Assembly: GCA_965223545.1 (NCBI GenBank)
Contig: OZ245006.1
Span: 2,560,001-2,624,000, forward strand
Length of the DNA: 64,000 bases
Direction of reading: 5' to 3'
Source: Planctomycetota bacterium
Lineage (GTDB): Bacteria; Planctomycetota; UBA1135; UBA2386
Under the pieces are notes generated by a model, which was given only the letters and a program-made list of their open reading frames with translations, was not told the origin of the DNA and made no database searches. Numbering within the stretch: the first letter of the stretch is position 1; each line of letters opens with the position of its first letter. Below, in pieces: positions 35,319-47,058 of the stretch. The translations under genes were made by a program, and so were the position numbers.

Positions 35319-38033
35319 TTGCTCCGCATCACCGCCGTCGCGTGCCTGATCATCGCCCTGGTAGTGGCGGTCTGGCTGTCCGCAGGTGCGGTCGGCGATG
35401 CGCCGGTCGAACCGACGCGCGCGGCGACGCCGACCGGGGCGTCGGGCACAGCGATCCCCATCGCGGGCGGCGAGCCCGAGCGCGTCGCGGTGGCCGAGCC
35501 CGGCGCAAGCGAGTCGGGCGCGGGGAGCCGCGCCACCGCCACAGCACAGCTCGAGGTACGTGGCAGGGTCCTCGGCGCGGGCGATCAACCGCTCGCGGGG
35601 GCGACCGTGCGCTGCCGGACGAGGGCCACCGCCGCCAGTCCGGACGGCGCGCCGGCGGCTTCCGATTCTTGGTCGGAAGCGACCACGGCCCGCGATGGCG
35701 GCTTCGCACTGTGGGCGCCGCACTTGGCCGGGGCCACGCTGACGCTCTTGGTCGCGCACGCCGAGCACGCCCCGTTGCACGCGATGCGCACCAACGTCGC
35801 ACCCGACGCGCGCGCCGTCGACTTCGGCGACCTGCGGCTGTCGCGCGGGGGCGAGGTCGACGGGCGCGTGGTCGATGCGCACGACAATGGAATCGCGGGC
35901 GCAAGAGTGCGACTCGATGCCGAGCACAGGTCGGGCTCGAGCCGGCGCCGCGCGGAGGGCCTGCAACCGGTCGAGGTGACGACCGACGCCAGCGGCGGGT
36001 TTCACGCGCGTCATCTGCCGGCCGGCAGCTACCACGCCGATGTCCGCGCCGACGGCTACCTGCAGCGGCTCGGTGAGCCGTTCGAGATCGCCGAAGAACA
36101 GCGCACCACGCTGCCGGCGATCCAGCTGGCCGCCGGTGCAGTGCTGCACGGCGTGGTCACCGACGATCGCGGCGCGGCGATCGCCGACGCCGAAGTGCGC
36201 ATCGATTTCACCACCGACAGCGGCAGTCGCCGCAACCACCGCGTCGACACCGACGCGCACGGGAGCTTTCGCTTGCCGCACTGCCCGGCGGCCGCCGTCG
36301 AGTTGCGCGTGCGCGCAACCGGCTATCTCAGCTTCGAAGAACGCGCAGCCGATCCGCGGCGCAGCCCGTGGACGATCACGCTGCAGCCGGGCTTGGCCGC
36401 GCGCGGCCGCGTCGTCGACGCGCGCACGGGCGCTCCCGTGCTGCACTACGCCGCCGCGATCCGGCGGATCGCGGCGCTCACCGACGCCGACCGACGGCGG
36501 GCCCGGCTCGACAGCGAGCTGGCGACGCTGGCCGGCGCGGCAGCGGAGGCGCAGCGCCGCGGTGACGCGCGGGCCGCCGCCGCGCTGGAGCGGCGGATCG
36601 AAGAGCTGCGCGGAGTGCGCGACCGCAGCGTGGCCAGCGCCGACGACGCGCTGCGTTACTCCCCGCGGCGGCCGCGCCGCCGCGCGCTGCCGCCGGCGGC
36701 GGCGCATCCCGGCGGCGCCTTCGAGTTCTCGGGGCTCGACGAGGGCATCTACGTCGTCGACGTGGCGTCCGACGCCCACATCCTGACCTGTACTCCGCCG
36801 TTCGCGTTGACGCGACATCGCGCGCTCGACCCGCTGCAGGTCGCCCTCGAACCCGGCTTGCGCGTCGCGGGCGTCGTGTCGGCGGCGCCGGGTGGCGACG
36901 GGATCGCCGGCGTCCGCATCGGCCTCGTCGACCTGTCGGAGGCGACCGACCGCCCGCGGCTGGAAGTCGGGAGCACGCCGGAGCGCCGAGCGCCGATCGG
37001 CCGGACGATCGCCGAGTGCGAGTCCACGGCCGACGGCAGCTTCGCGTTGCCGCCGGTCGAGCCGGGGCGCTATGCGTTGCGGGCGGTCCGCGGCCGGTTT
37101 GCCGCCACCGACACGGCTCCATTCGAGCTGCGCACCGACCGCAGCGACGTGGTCCTCGAGCTGCGCGCGCTGGCCGCGCTGTACGGCACGGTGCACCGGC
37201 CGGCACCCGGTGCGACGGTGCGCGTGACGGTGTTTGGCGGCGCCGGCCGGTCGCGCAGCACGACCGCGCACAGCGACGGCTCGTTCGTGTTCGAAGAGCT
37301 CGAACCGGGCGGCTACCTGGTGTTCGCCTACTCGACCTCCTTTCAACCCACCTACCTGCGCCGACTCGTCGACGCGTACCGCGAGAGCGCGGTGCCGCGC
37401 GCTGACGTGGTGCTGTCCCCGGGCGCGCGCGTCCGGTTCGATCCGCCCCTGCACGTCGAGCACCTCGGCATCGTCGCCGGCACGGCACTCGTCGATGGGG
37501 CGCCGCGCGCGGGGCTGTCGGTCGAGCTGTTGCCCGAGCGACAGGCGCGGCACCCGGTGGCCGCCGAAATGGAGATCGGCATTCGCTCTCGGGCGACCAC
37601 CGACACCGAAGGCGGATTCCGCATCGACGCGGTCCCCGAGGGCTCGTACCAGCTCATCGTCCGCACCGGCGAGAGCCCGTTCTTGGTGCTGCACGCGCGC
37701 GACGTGGCAGTCGCGCGCGACGCCGAAACCTGGCTTTCGCTGACGATCCAAACCGCGCAGATCCGGCTGCAGCTCGTCGACGCGGCGAGCGAACCCGTCG
37801 ATGCGACCGGCCGCATGCTCCTGCGCGGGGGCGCCGAGGGACCGGACACCGACGCGCGGGCATTTCCAATTCGCGCCGGAGTCGGCACCATGGTCGATCT
37901 GATGCCGGGGCGGTACCAAGCTCGACTGCAGCTCGACGACGGTCGCGTCGTCGAGCGCGAGATCGTGCTCCACCCCGGCGACAATCAGACGTCGTATCCT
38001 GTCGTTGCCCCGGCATCGCGCCGCCAGCCGTGA
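35319..38033 (+). CDS. Membrane-anchored carboxypeptidase-regulatory-like repeat protein
   Basis: Repeated GRVVD..G..IAGA.V ... TD.DG.F....L.PG.Y units. Confidence 0.85.
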   Translation: MLRITAVACLIIALVVAVWLSAGAVGDAPVEPTRAATPTGASGTAIPIAGGEPERVAVAEPGASESGAGSRATATAQLEVRGRVLGAGDQPLAGATVRCRTRATAASPDGAPAASDSWSEATTARDGGFALWAPHLAGATLTLLVAHAEHAPLHAMRTNVAPDARAVDFGDLRLSRGGEVDGRVVDAHDNGIAGARVRLDAEHRSGSSRRRAEGLQPVEVTTDASGGFHARHLPAGSYHADVRADGYLQRLGEPFEIAEEQRTTLPAIQLAAGAVLHGVVTDDRGAAIADAEVRIDFTTDSGSRRNHRVDTDAHGSFRLPHCPAAAVELRVRATGYLSFEERAADPRRSPWTITLQPGLAARGRVVDARTGAPVLHYAAAIRRIAALTDADRRRARLDSELATLAGAAAEAQRRGDARAAAALERRIEELRGVRDRSVASADDALRYSPRRPRRRALPPAAAHPGGAFEFSGLDEGIYVVDVASDAHILTCTPPFALTRHRALDPLQVALEPGLRVAGVVSAAPGGDGIAGVRIGLVDLSEATDRPRLEVGSTPERRAPIGRTIAECESTADGSFALPPVEPGRYALRAVRGRFAATDTAPFELRTDRSDVVLELRALAALYGTVHRPAPGATVRVTVFGGAGRSRSTTAHSDGSFVFEELEPGGYLVFAYSTSFQPTYLRRLVDAYRESAVPRADVVLSPGARVRFDPPLHVEHLGIVAGTALVDGAPRAGLSVELLPERQARHPVAAEMEIGIRSRATTDTEGGFRIDAVPEGSYQLIVRTGESPFLVLHARDVAVARDAETWLSLTIQTAQIRLQLVDAASEPVDATGRMLLRGGAEGPDTDARAFPIRAGVGTMVDLMPGRYQARLQLDDGRVVEREIVLHPGDNQTSYPVVAPASRRQP

Positions 38034-38052
38034 GGAGCCTCTCATTCGAAGT

Positions 38053-38817
38053 GTGACTGCGGTCCTCCTGACGCTGCTGATCGCTGCTCTCGCGGCGGTT
38101 GCCGGCTACGCCGTTCTCCACCTGTGGAACCGAGCGGCGGTGCCGACCACTGAGGAGTGGCAACTGCTCTCGCCGCCGGAGTCGACCCGCCCACCGCCGG
38201 TCGAGCTGAGGTTGGGCGAGGCACGCGTCGCGGCCGACGCCTCGGCGAAGCCCGCAGCGGCGCGCATCCGCGCGCCAGTCCGCCTGCAGCTGACCGCCGA
38301 AGGCGGCGGCGGGGTCGGGGTCGGCATCGTCGACGGCCACTCGGGCGCGCTGCTGGCCTGGCAGTCGATCGAGGACGGGGAACGCGCGGCGGAGCTGCGC
38401 GTCCCGCCGGGCGAGCACTTCGCCGTGGTGGCCGAGCGCCGCGATCGCGCCAGCGTGTCGTACTTGCACCGCGTGCCGGTGACGGTCGGCGAAGGGGCCG
38501 AGCCGGCGACCGCAACGCTCGACCCGCGCCGCCATCGGCTCAGCGTAGCGCTGGAGTGGCCCGCACTGCCGCCGGCGACGGTGCCCCTGCTGGTGGCCGA
38601 GCTGCGACGCAGCGACGACCCCGGCTGGTCACCCGGTCGTCGCGGTGGCGCCGCGGTGCCGCTGGCGGCCGGCGCCACGGGTGCACAAGCGACGCTGGAG
38701 CTCGGTGCCGGCCGCTACCAGTTGCTGCTCGACGGGGTCGCCGTCGACGACGGTGGGGTGCTCGAGTTCTCGGTGCCAGAGGACGCGGCGGTCACCGCGC
38801 GCTGCACACCGCGCTGA
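38053..38817 (+). CDS. Membrane-anchored hypothetical protein
   Basis: N-terminal TM helix, GAGGAG upstream; start approximate. Confidence 0.7.
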   Translation: MTAVLLTLLIAALAAVAGYAVLHLWNRAAVPTTEEWQLLSPPESTRPPPVELRLGEARVAADASAKPAAARIRAPVRLQLTAEGGGGVGVGIVDGHSGALLAWQSIEDGERAAELRVPPGEHFAVVAERRDRASVSYLHRVPVTVGEGAEPATATLDPRRHRLSVALEWPALPPATVPLLVAELRRSDDPGWSPGRRGGAAVPLAAGATGAQATLELGAGRYQLLLDGVAVDDGGVLEFSVPEDAAVTARCTPR

Positions 38818-38840
38818 ACCCGGCGGAGGAGGAGTTGAGA

Positions 38841-38874
38841 TGATGAGCGGGAGCCTGGCTCCGTACGTTCACTC
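38841..38874 (+). repeat. ~34-bp REP/MITE-like repeat, copy 1
   Basis: TGATGAgcGGGAGCCTGGCTCCGTACGTTCACTC with internal hairpin GGAGCC-T-GGCTCC; inverted copy at ~58193-58226. Confidence 0.75.
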
Positions 38875-39741
38875 GTCGCGGGAGACTCGGGCTAGCTCGC
38901 CGTTGGTCATGCGGTAGAGGTTGGGGGTGATCGGGTGCGCGGATTGGGCCGCCTGCTTTTGGTTGAGGTCCATCAGGGCGGACACGTCGGACTCGCTCTC
39001 GGTCCCCAGCCAGAGCACGTCGCGCTCGGGCATCGCGACCAGGAGGCCCTCGACCTGCTCGGGATCGAGCAGGAGGACGCGCGCCGCGTCGAAGCCATCG
39101 CCGGTGCGCAGGAGCACCGGCTCGCCCTCGGCGTCGGGCAGCGGCACGGCCGCGCCGGCCATCTGGTGCAGGTTGCGCGTCGCAAGGTGGAAGAGGTCTT
39201 CCTCGCAGCGGCCCCACTGCCGCAGGTGGGCTCGGCAGATGAAGGTCATGCACCAGGGCTCGTCGATCACGTAGCACACGACGAGGTCGTCGGTGAACGG
39301 GCGGTGGACCAACGCGCGGTCGCCGAATTGGCCGCCGTGCTCCTCGACCCAGGACCGCGACCGAATCTGCGGCAGCACGTTGGCGGCGGCGTCGGCGAAG
39401 TCGTGGTCGGAGGGCTGGTCGACCCCCTCCTGCTCGAGCTCGGCCAAGAAGCGCGTCACCGACTCCGAGAAGTTGTCGGGAAACGCCTCATACCGGCGAA
39501 ACAGGTGGTGCAGCGACGCCGGCAACTCCTGGCCGCGCACCGCGAACACCGCGGCGAAGCGGCCGGGGATCATGCCGCGCAGCTCGAACTGGGGGTGCTT
39601 TCGGACGTGCTCCTCGAGCACTCGCAGAAAGGCCTGCACCTCCTTGGGGATCGTCACCGGCCGGTAGCGACGGCGGGCAGCCGAGAACACCATCGCCCCG
39701 CAGAACGACAGTGCGACCCAGCCGGCGATCACCCAACCCAT
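38869..39741 (-). CDS. DUF1444-like protein with N-terminal TM helix
   Basis: LPQIR...[10 protein letters not shown]...LFHLATRNL...[10 protein letters not shown]...VAMPERDVL...HPITPNLY. Confidence 0.75.
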   Translation of the reverse strand: MGWVIAGWVALSFCGAMVFSAARRRYRPVTIPKEVQAFLRVLEEHVRKHPQFELRGMIPGRFAAVFAVRGQELPASLHHLFRRYEAFPDNFSESVTRFLAELEQEGVDQPSDHDFADAAANVLPQIRSRSWVEEHGGQFGDRALVHRPFTDDLVVCYVIDEPWCMTFICRAHLRQWGRCEEDLFHLATRNLHQMAGAAVPLPDAEGEPVLLRTGDGFDAARVLLLDPEQVEGLLVAMPERDVLWLGTESESDVSALMDLNQKQAAQSAHPITPNLYRMTNGELARVSRDE

Positions 39742-39919
39742 GCGCTCCCCATCGGCGTTCGGGCGGCATGGCTGGAATCCGGCCCTGAGAAGTCTCACAT
39801 CCGTCCCGCCGCAGCTCTCGACAGCCCGCCACCGGGCCGGCGATGGCATGGTCGGATGGGCATCGCGGATCGATGGCTGGCACCCCGCGCCGGGCGCGGC
39901 TCAAATGCCGGCAAGCACC

Positions 39920-41074
39920 ATGGGCCAAGAGCCGATCTACCTGGACAACGCCGCCACCACGCGGCCGCTCGAAGCCGTCGTCGACGCGATGCGCCGCGTC
40001 CACTTGGACCACTTCGGCAACCCCTCGTCGACGCACGCCTTCGGGCAAGCCCCGAGGAAGGCGTTGTTGGATGCGCGCGAGTTCTTGCGCGGCACCGTCG
40101 GCGCCGCGCAGCTGACGTTCACGTCGGGCGGAACCGAAGCCGACCTGCTGGGCTTGCTCGGCGCCGTCGCCGAGCGCCCGCCGGGACGCGTGCTGGTCGG
40201 CGCCGCCGACCACCCCGCCATCCTGGCGCAGCGGCCGTGGCTCGCGCGCGGCCGCCATCGGCTGACGCCGGTGCCGGTCGACGCCGGCGGCACCATGGAG
40301 CCCGAAGCGCTGTTCGAGCTGCTGGGCAACGACGTCCGTGCGGTCGCCATCCTGCACGGCCACAACGAGCTCGGCGGCATGGCGCGCGTCGAGGAGCTGG
40401 CCTCGCTGTGCCGCCGGGTCGCGAAAGACGCGCACGTGCACGTCGACTTGGTGCAGACCTACGGCAAGGTCGCGTTCGACCTCGACCTCGCGGGGGTCGA
40501 CTCGGTCGCGGTTTCGGGGCACAAATTGCACGGTCCACGCGGCATCGGCTTCTTCGCCACCTCGAGCACAGCCAGGGTCACGCCCTTGCAGGCCGGCGGT
40601 GGACAAGAAGGCGGCCTGCGCGGCGGCACCGAGTACGTCGCGGGCGCGGTGGGGTTGGCCATCGCCGCCGAACAAGCCCTGAGCCACCTGTCGGATTCGG
40701 CCGCGCGGATGGAACGTCAACTGGACGATCTGCTGGCGGCCGTGCGCCGTGCACGACCCGACGCGGCACGGCTCGGTATCGAAGAGCGCCGGCTGCCGCA
40801 CATCCTGTCCTTGCACATTCCCGGCGTCGTTGGCGAGACGCTGCAGGAGCGCTGCAGCGCGCACGGGGTCGCGTTCTCCATCGGCTCGGCCTGCCACGCG
40901 GGCAAGGACACCGACAACCCCGTCCTGCGGGCCGCCGGCCTGTCGCGCCGCGAGGCGCGCGAAGTGATCCGCCTCTCCGTGTGCCCGCACACGAGCGACT
41001 CCGACTGCGACCGTGCCGGCACGGTGTTGGCCGACCAGGTCGAAGCGATGCTGCGGCAGGGGGTTCGTCGATGA
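39920..41074 (+). CDS. iscS: Cysteine desulfurase (IscS/NifS family)
   Basis: [25 protein letters not shown] (PLP lysine), [16 protein letters not shown]. Confidence 0.92.
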   Translation: MGQEPIYLDNAATTRPLEAVVDAMRRVHLDHFGNPSSTHAFGQAPRKALLDAREFLRGTVGAAQLTFTSGGTEADLLGLLGAVAERPPGRVLVGAADHPAILAQRPWLARGRHRLTPVPVDAGGTMEPEALFELLGNDVRAVAILHGHNELGGMARVEELASLCRRVAKDAHVHVDLVQTYGKVAFDLDLAGVDSVAVSGHKLHGPRGIGFFATSSTARVTPLQAGGGQEGGLRGGTEYVAGAVGLAIAAEQALSHLSDSAARMERQLDDLLAAVRRARPDAARLGIEERRLPHILSLHIPGVVGETLQERCSAHGVAFSIGSACHAGKDTDNPVLRAAGLSRREAREVIRLSVCPHTSDSDCDRAGTVLADQVEAMLRQGVRR

Positions 41075-43671
41075 GTCCAGCCAAGGCGGGCAGCTCGACC
41101 CCGGCGATGGCGCAGTACCGCGCCGCCAAGAAGCAGCACCCCGACTCGCTGCTGTTCTTCCGCATGGGAGACTTCTACGAGCTGTTCTTCGACGACGCCA
41201 AGGAGGCCAGCCGGGCGCTCGGCATCACGCTGACGGCGCGCAGCAAGGGCGAGAGTGCGGTGCCGATGGCGGGCGTGCCGGTGCGCGCCGCCGACAATTA
41301 CCTCAAGCGGCTGGTCGACAGCGGCTACAAGGTCGCGGTCTGCGAACAGATGGAGGATCCGCGCACCGCCAAGGGCGTGGTCAAACGCGAGGTGGTGCGG
41401 GTGATGACGCCGGGCACGCTGACCGAAGACAGCATGCTGGTCAGCTCGCGCGCCAACCACCTGCTGGCGGTGACCACCCACCGCGGCCGCGCCGGCCTGG
41501 CGTGGATCGAGCTGTCCACCGGCGCGTTCGTCGCCACCGAGTGCGCCGAGACGCGGATCGCCGACGAGCTCGCCCGGGTCGAGCCGCGCGAGGTGTTGAT
41601 CCCCGAGGACGACGAAGCGCTCTGGATCCTGGTGCGACAGACCGGTGCCGCGGTGAGCCGGCGGGCGCCGTACGACTTCGGCCACGACACCGCGCACCAG
41701 GCGCTGACCGAGTTCTTCCGCACGCAGACGCTGGAGGGCTTCGGCGTCACCGATCTACCCATGGCGGTCGGCGCCGCCGGCGCGCTGATCGGCTACGTGC
41801 AGGAGACCCAGCGAGCAGCGCTGCCGCACATCCGCCGCATCGAGGTGTTCCAGCGCGGCCACGTCATGGCGCTCGACCGCGCGACCCGCGCCAGCTTGGA
41901 GCTGGTCGACACCATGCGCGGCCAGGACGGCGGCACGCCGTTGCTGCAGATCCTCGACCGCACGTGCACGCCGATGGGCGCCCGCGTGCTGCGCGACTGG
42001 CTGCTCGCCCCACTGATCGACGTCGCCGCGATCCAGCGCCGGCAGGACGCCGTCGCCGAGCTGCACGACCAGCCTTCGCTCAACGAACGGCTGCACGACG
42101 AGCTGCGCGGTGTGCTCGACCTGCAGCGGCTGACGACCCGAATCTCGTGCGGGCGCGCCAACGGCCGCGATCTCGTCGCCCTGTGCCATAGCCTGCAGCG
42201 AGTGCCGGTGCTCATCGACGCGCTGCGCGAATGCCGCTCGGAAGAGCTCGCCGCATTCCACCGCGGCATGGATCCGCTCGACGACGTCGCCGCCGAGATC
42301 GAGGCGGCGATCGCCGACGAGCCACCGGTCACCATCCGCGAGGGCGATCTGATCCGCGACGGCTACGATCCAGCGCTCGACGAGCTGCGCAGCCTGACGC
42401 GCGACGGCAAGTCGTGGATGGCGGACTTCCAGGCGCGCGAGGCGGAGCGCACCGGCGCCGCCAACCTGAAAGTCGGCTACAACAAGGTCTTCGGCTACTA
42501 CATCGAGATCACGCACGGCAACAAGGGCGCCGAGATCCCCGCCGACTACGTGCGCAAGCAGACGACGAAGAACGCCGAACGCTACATCACCGAGGAGCTC
42601 AAGGACTTCGAGACCAAGGTCCTGACCGCCGAAGAGCGCAGCCGCGACCTCGAGTACGATCTGTTCTGCGCGCTGCGCGAGCGCGTCGCCACCCACACCG
42701 AGCGCCTGCAGGCGACGGCGGCGGCGATCGCCGCCCTCGACGTGTACACCGGCCTGGCGCGGGTGGCGACCGAGCGGCGCTACTGCCGGCCCCATGTCGA
42801 CGACTCCCGCGTGCTGCACATCGAGGACGGCCGCCACCCGGTGATCGAGGCGACCCACGCCGAGGGCTCGTTCGTACCCAACGACACCGCCCTGGATCCG
42901 CCCGCGCAGCAGCTGGTGCTGCTCACCGGACCCAACATGGCCGGCAAGTCGACCTACATCCGGCAGAACGCGCTGATCGTGCTGATGGCGCAGATCGGCA
43001 GCTTCGTGCCGGCGACCGCCGCCCGCATCGGCGCGGTCGATCGCATCTTCACCCGCGTCGGCGCCGCCGACGACATCAGCCGCGGCGCCTCGACCTTCAT
43101 GGTCGAGATGACCGAGACCGCCAACATCCTGCACAACGCCACCGCGCGCAGCTTGGTGATCCTCGACGAGGTCGGCCGCGGCACCAGCACCTTCGACGGC
43201 CTGGCGCTGGCCTGGGCCATCGCCGAGGACCTACTCCAGCGCACCGGCTGCCGCACCCTCTTCGCGACCCACTACCACCAGCTCACCGACCTGGCCGGCC
43301 CCGGCCGCGGCGTCGTCAACCAGCGCGTGGCGGTCAAGGAATGGGGCGACGAGATCGTCTTCCTCCACCGCATCGAGAACGGCGGCACCGACCGCAGCTA
43401 CGGCCTGCACGTCGGGCGGCTGGCGGGGCTGCCAGCGTCAGTGCTGACCCGCGCTCGGACGATTCTCGCCCAGCTCGAGGAAGACGGCGACACCGTCCGC
43501 GCTGCGCTGCAGACCGAATCCGAGGCCCCGGCGCAGGCCCGGCAACTCGACTTGTTCCAGTCCCCGCGCGAACGCGTGCTGCAGGAGATCGCCAAGCTCG
43601 ACCTCGACTCGATGACGCCACTGCAGGCAATGCAAGCGCTCGCGGGTTGGGTCGAGCAATTGCGCGAGTGA
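41071..43671 (+). CDS. mutS: DNA mismatch repair protein MutS
   Basis: [51 protein letters not shown]. Confidence 0.98.
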   Translation: MSPAKAGSSTPAMAQYRAAKKQHPDSLLFFRMGDFYELFFDDAKEASRALGITLTARSKGESAVPMAGVPVRAADNYLKRLVDSGYKVAVCEQMEDPRTAKGVVKREVVRVMTPGTLTEDSMLVSSRANHLLAVTTHRGRAGLAWIELSTGAFVATECAETRIADELARVEPREVLIPEDDEALWILVRQTGAAVSRRAPYDFGHDTAHQALTEFFRTQTLEGFGVTDLPMAVGAAGALIGYVQETQRAALPHIRRIEVFQRGHVMALDRATRASLELVDTMRGQDGGTPLLQILDRTCTPMGARVLRDWLLAPLIDVAAIQRRQDAVAELHDQPSLNERLHDELRGVLDLQRLTTRISCGRANGRDLVALCHSLQRVPVLIDALRECRSEELAAFHRGMDPLDDVAAEIEAAIADEPPVTIREGDLIRDGYDPALDELRSLTRDGKSWMADFQAREAERTGAANLKVGYNKVFGYYIEITHGNKGAEIPADYVRKQTTKNAERYITEELKDFETKVLTAEERSRDLEYDLFCALRERVATHTERLQATAAAIAALDVYTGLARVATERRYCRPHVDDSRVLHIEDGRHPVIEATHAEGSFVPNDTALDPPAQQLVLLTGPNMAGKSTYIRQNALIVLMAQIGSFVPATAARIGAVDRIFTRVGAADDISRGASTFMVEMTETANILHNATARSLVILDEVGRGTSTFDGLALAWAIAEDLLQRTGCRTLFATHYHQLTDLAGPGRGVVNQRVAVKEWGDEIVFLHRIENGGTDRSYGLHVGRLAGLPASVLTRARTILAQLEEDGDTVRAALQTESEAPAQARQLDLFQSPRERVLQEIAKLDLDSMTPLQAMQALAGWVEQLRE

Positions 43672-43698
43672 GGCAGGGCACGGGTAGCGGAGCTCCCT

Positions 43699-44709
43699 AT
43701 GACCATGACCCGTTTGGTGACGATCGCGCTTCCGGTTGCCGGGCTCGCCGCCGCCTGCAACACGCACGAGCCGGGCACGCCATCGAGCAACGACCCACTG
43801 GTCGCCTTTCAACGTTTCACGGAGAGCACGTGGCGGGTCACGCTCGACAGCGGGACCAGTCAACGCGCAACCTGGACCTGGGGCCCGGGACGCCGCTCGC
43901 TGCGCAACGACACCACGGGGCAAGGCGCCGCTGGCGAGCCGTGGCGCGCTCTCGACCTCTACTACTGGGATGCCGAAGGCGAGGAGATCCGCCTCCTCGG
44001 CCTGCGGCCCGCGATCCCCACGCTCGGCCGCGGCGTCGCCACAGGCACCATGCGCGTCGACGCGACGGGTGGCAGGGGTCGGTTTGATCTCTACCAGCCC
44101 GGGCACCCCCGCCCCCCGAGGAAGATGGGGCTCGAGTGGCACTTCGGAGCGCCGGATCGCTACCGAGAGACCCTGCTCGAGGTTTCCCCGGGGGAGCAGA
44201 TGAGCCCACTGGCTACGCGGGACTTCGTCCGCGCCGACCCCGGTACTCCACCGGCCAAAGCCACGAACGCGAGCCCCACTGGCCCCATGTCGCCATTCGC
44301 GTCCTGGTTCCGTGGCGACTGGGTGGCACCCCGCGACCTTGGCGTGGGTCTGCCCGCCGACCTGCGGTTCCGCTGCCGCTGGCTCCCCCTGATCGAGGTC
44401 CTCACCGTGCAGGTCGCAGCCGCCGACTGCGAAGTGCTGTTGCTCGAGGCCTACCTCTATCACCACCCGACCGATGACACGGTGCACTGCACCGCGTTCA
44501 CGGCGGATGGATTCCACGACGGCGTCGCCAAGATCCAAAGCAACGGCGACATCGAAGCCGATCTCTCCGGAGACCAACGCGGCTCGCCGACGCGCGCCGG
44601 GCTTGCCGTGGCAATCACCGCACAGGAACGACCGCGAGTCCGCTGCTGGTCGTCCAGACAGGGCCACCGAGAACTCATCTTGGACGCGTGGCTCCGACCG
44701 ATGCCGTGA
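43699..44709 (+). CDS. Hypothetical lipoprotein
   Basis: Lipobox LAAAC; GGAG RBS; two loosely similar beta-rich halves. Confidence 0.75.
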   Translation: MTMTRLVTIALPVAGLAAACNTHEPGTPSSNDPLVAFQRFTESTWRVTLDSGTSQRATWTWGPGRRSLRNDTTGQGAAGEPWRALDLYYWDAEGEEIRLLGLRPAIPTLGRGVATGTMRVDATGGRGRFDLYQPGHPRPPRKMGLEWHFGAPDRYRETLLEVSPGEQMSPLATRDFVRADPGTPPAKATNASPTGPMSPFASWFRGDWVAPRDLGVGLPADLRFRCRWLPLIEVLTVQVAAADCEVLLLEAYLYHHPTDDTVHCTAFTADGFHDGVAKIQSNGDIEADLSGDQRGSPTRAGLAVAITAQERPRVRCWSSRQGHRELILDAWLRPMP

Positions 44710-44719
44710 ACCACGACTG

Positions 44720-45814
44720 TCCACCTCACCGCACTTGGCGTGTGCTCGGTCACTCCCTTCCCGGCGCGCGACCAGTGCAACGACGTAGGACTGCAGCGCG
44801 GCCGATACCGAGCCAGTCGGCGGATCCAGAGACGCGTTGAGGAGCGTTGACAAGGCGGCATCGGTGCCGGTGCAGGCCACGATCCACGCGGCTTCCTCCG
44901 CAACGGGAGCGTAGAATCCACCGCCGTACAACGCGCGGTCCTGGAACAGCGCGCGGCTGGCGAGGTCGAAGTGCTCCGCGGCATCGAGCTCGCCCAGCCG
45001 ACGGAACGCTTCGGCACGGGCTAGCACCGTGCCAGCATCGGTCGCGAGGCGGCGCAACGCCGGAACGCACCGCGCATCACCCGTGGCCGCGAGCCACCCG
45101 AGGGCATTCGCACGGACACGTTCGTCGGGATCCTTGGCGAGTGACCGGACCCAAACCGGTGCTACCGGGCCGACACGTCGACTGCCAAACAGCGCGGCCA
45201 AGCGACAAGCAGGCCAAGGGGAGACCGAGACAACTACGCGAACGCCGCGGCATCCGCGGGCGATGCCCGCCGAGCCAAGGCGAGCGCGACCGTGGCGATC
45301 GATTCCGCGTGAAAGCCACCCGGCTCCACCGAGAGCGCCCACTCGCGAGCAGCGACGAGGTCCCGGCCGACCCAGGCGTTGACCAAGACTTTGCGCAGGT
45401 GTGGAAGAAGGTCGGCATCCTGCGCCAGCTCGGCAACCCGCCGCGGCCAATTGCCCTCCGCCAGCAAGGACGCGGCGCGCTTGGCCTGCTCGTGCCGGTG
45501 CACCTGCTCCTCCCACCACCACCGATACGTGGCGCTACAACGTAGCGCAGCCGCGGCACGTCGGATCGCACGAGACGCTCCAAGCGCTCCCCCAAGGCCT
45601 CGTCTCCGAACTCGTCCACGAGCAACTGCAGCGGGAGCTCCAGTGCCTCTGCGGCCGCGCGCCGCGCTTTCGGTGACCCCGCAAACAGCGCCGACACGAT
45701 CTCGGGCTTCACGTCAGCGTGGAAGTCAAACCGCGCGCAAAGGAGTGGCGATGCTGTGCGCGGATAGAACGCCCGAGGAGCGTCTTGATCGGACACCGGG
45801 CGAACGCTCAACAA
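44720..45814 (-). pseudogene. Degenerate HEAT-repeat gene (3' part)
   Basis: Protein-like text spread over three frames with a TAG at 45234; DPDERVRANALGWL and ARAEAFRRLGEL repeats. Confidence 0.65.
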
Positions 45815-45967
45815 GTGCTGAGACGATCAGCCCGCTCCGCGGGCGGGGCAGTAGGGAGAGGAGTGGTGTTGTCGGCGATTCCCTACACGTAGTCGCTCAG
45901 CGGAGCGATCATGGTGGGCCCCGACCTGGTCAGCTACTCAGCTTTGCTGGGGGGCCTCAGAGAATCA

Positions 45968-47023
45968 ATGACCGTAGACCTCTTCAAAGAACTCCGCTCC
46001 GACGATGAGCGATGGTGGTGCCTTCTCCCCCAAAACCTCGTGCTCCAGCATGATTGGCTGCTCAAGAGCCACTCGGTAGCGAAAGGCCTCACCTCTGATG
46101 AATTGAGGCCTTTCCTCGCGGCTGCGGTGTACCTCTATTCGCGCAGTATGCAGTCGGTACGGCACGGCGACGGCTTCTATGCGGCGTTGACGCTTCGGTC
46201 GTTGGTAGAGCGAGTCTGCCTACTGTGGACCGACTCGCCGAGCATCCCCTTGAAGCCCGCCGACATCCTTGCGGACCTCGAGTGCTCAGATGTGAAGAAG
46301 CGGCGCCACGCGACTCAAGAGATGGTCGCCGCAGCTGCTAGTGAGGATTCGGATGTCGAGTTCGTCTACCACGACCTGCTGTCACGCTACTTCTCCCACG
46401 TTAGCCATTTCGATCTAGTGCAGAGGCAGTACAGCCAGGAGTTATCGCCGAGCGATCCTGAGTTCCGACTCCGCTACGTGCCCTTCCTTCTGCTTCACGA
46501 CGTCGGGGAGCGCTTGGGCCGCTGGTTCGACGGCTTCTCGACGCGGCATTCGCTCGGGCTTCCACGCAGAACCCAGGGGAAGGCTGGCTTCGAGTACAGC
46601 ATCGAGACTTTCACGCGGCTAGCCGCCATGGCCTTCTGTGAGAAGCACAGTCCCTCGACACCGTTCGAGCTCAGGGTTCTCTTCACCAACTTGGCTGAGG
46701 TCAAGGGGAAGGTCGGGCTCACCCGACTATATCGCGGGGGCATGGAGGTTTACCGGTACGGCCTCCCCGAGGACGCGCCGAACAATGCCGACATGGCTGG
46801 TTTCGCCCTCTTCGCGATCGGGAAGCACAACCCGAAAACCGTGAGGGTCAAGCGCACCGATGTAGGCGCGAAGGGAGAGCGATACGAGTTCTCGTGGCCG
46901 AAAACCGTCGAGGTCTGCACGTTTCCCCTCAGCATGGGCGCGCGGAACATCGAGCTCGGCCACGGACAACCACCACCCTTCATCGACTACGTGACCGAGT
47001 TCCGAAGAGTCCTCGCCCGATAG
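45968..47023 (+). CDS. Hypothetical protein, possible HEPN/DUF5677-like N-terminal domain
   Basis: ALTLRSLVER ... YHDLLSRYFSH pattern; AT-richer codons; start 45968 or 45911. Confidence 0.55.
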   Translation: MTVDLFKELRSDDERWWCLLPQNLVLQHDWLLKSHSVAKGLTSDELRPFLAAAVYLYSRSMQSVRHGDGFYAALTLRSLVERVCLLWTDSPSIPLKPADILADLECSDVKKRRHATQEMVAAAASEDSDVEFVYHDLLSRYFSHVSHFDLVQRQYSQELSPSDPEFRLRYVPFLLLHDVGERLGRWFDGFSTRHSLGLPRRTQGKAGFEYSIETFTRLAAMAFCEKHSPSTPFELRVLFTNLAEVKGKVGLTRLYRGGMEVYRYGLPEDAPNNADMAGFALFAIGKHNPKTVRVKRTDVGAKGERYEFSWPKTVEVCTFPLSMGARNIELGHGQPPPFIDYVTEFRRVLAR

Positions 47024-47058
47024 TCCCGGTCTTGCGGCTGGCGCGAAAGACCCAAACA

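Noticed and set aside
38935..41070. 1578-aa MutS with a long N-terminal extension
   Set aside because: The extension is a shadow frame over the DUF1444-like and iscS genes; the real start at 41071 overlaps the iscS stop.
39920..41074. Selenocysteine lyase linked to the selenoprotein
   Set aside because: GSACH is common in NifS-like enzymes, and the gene is 19 kb away and coupled to mutS.
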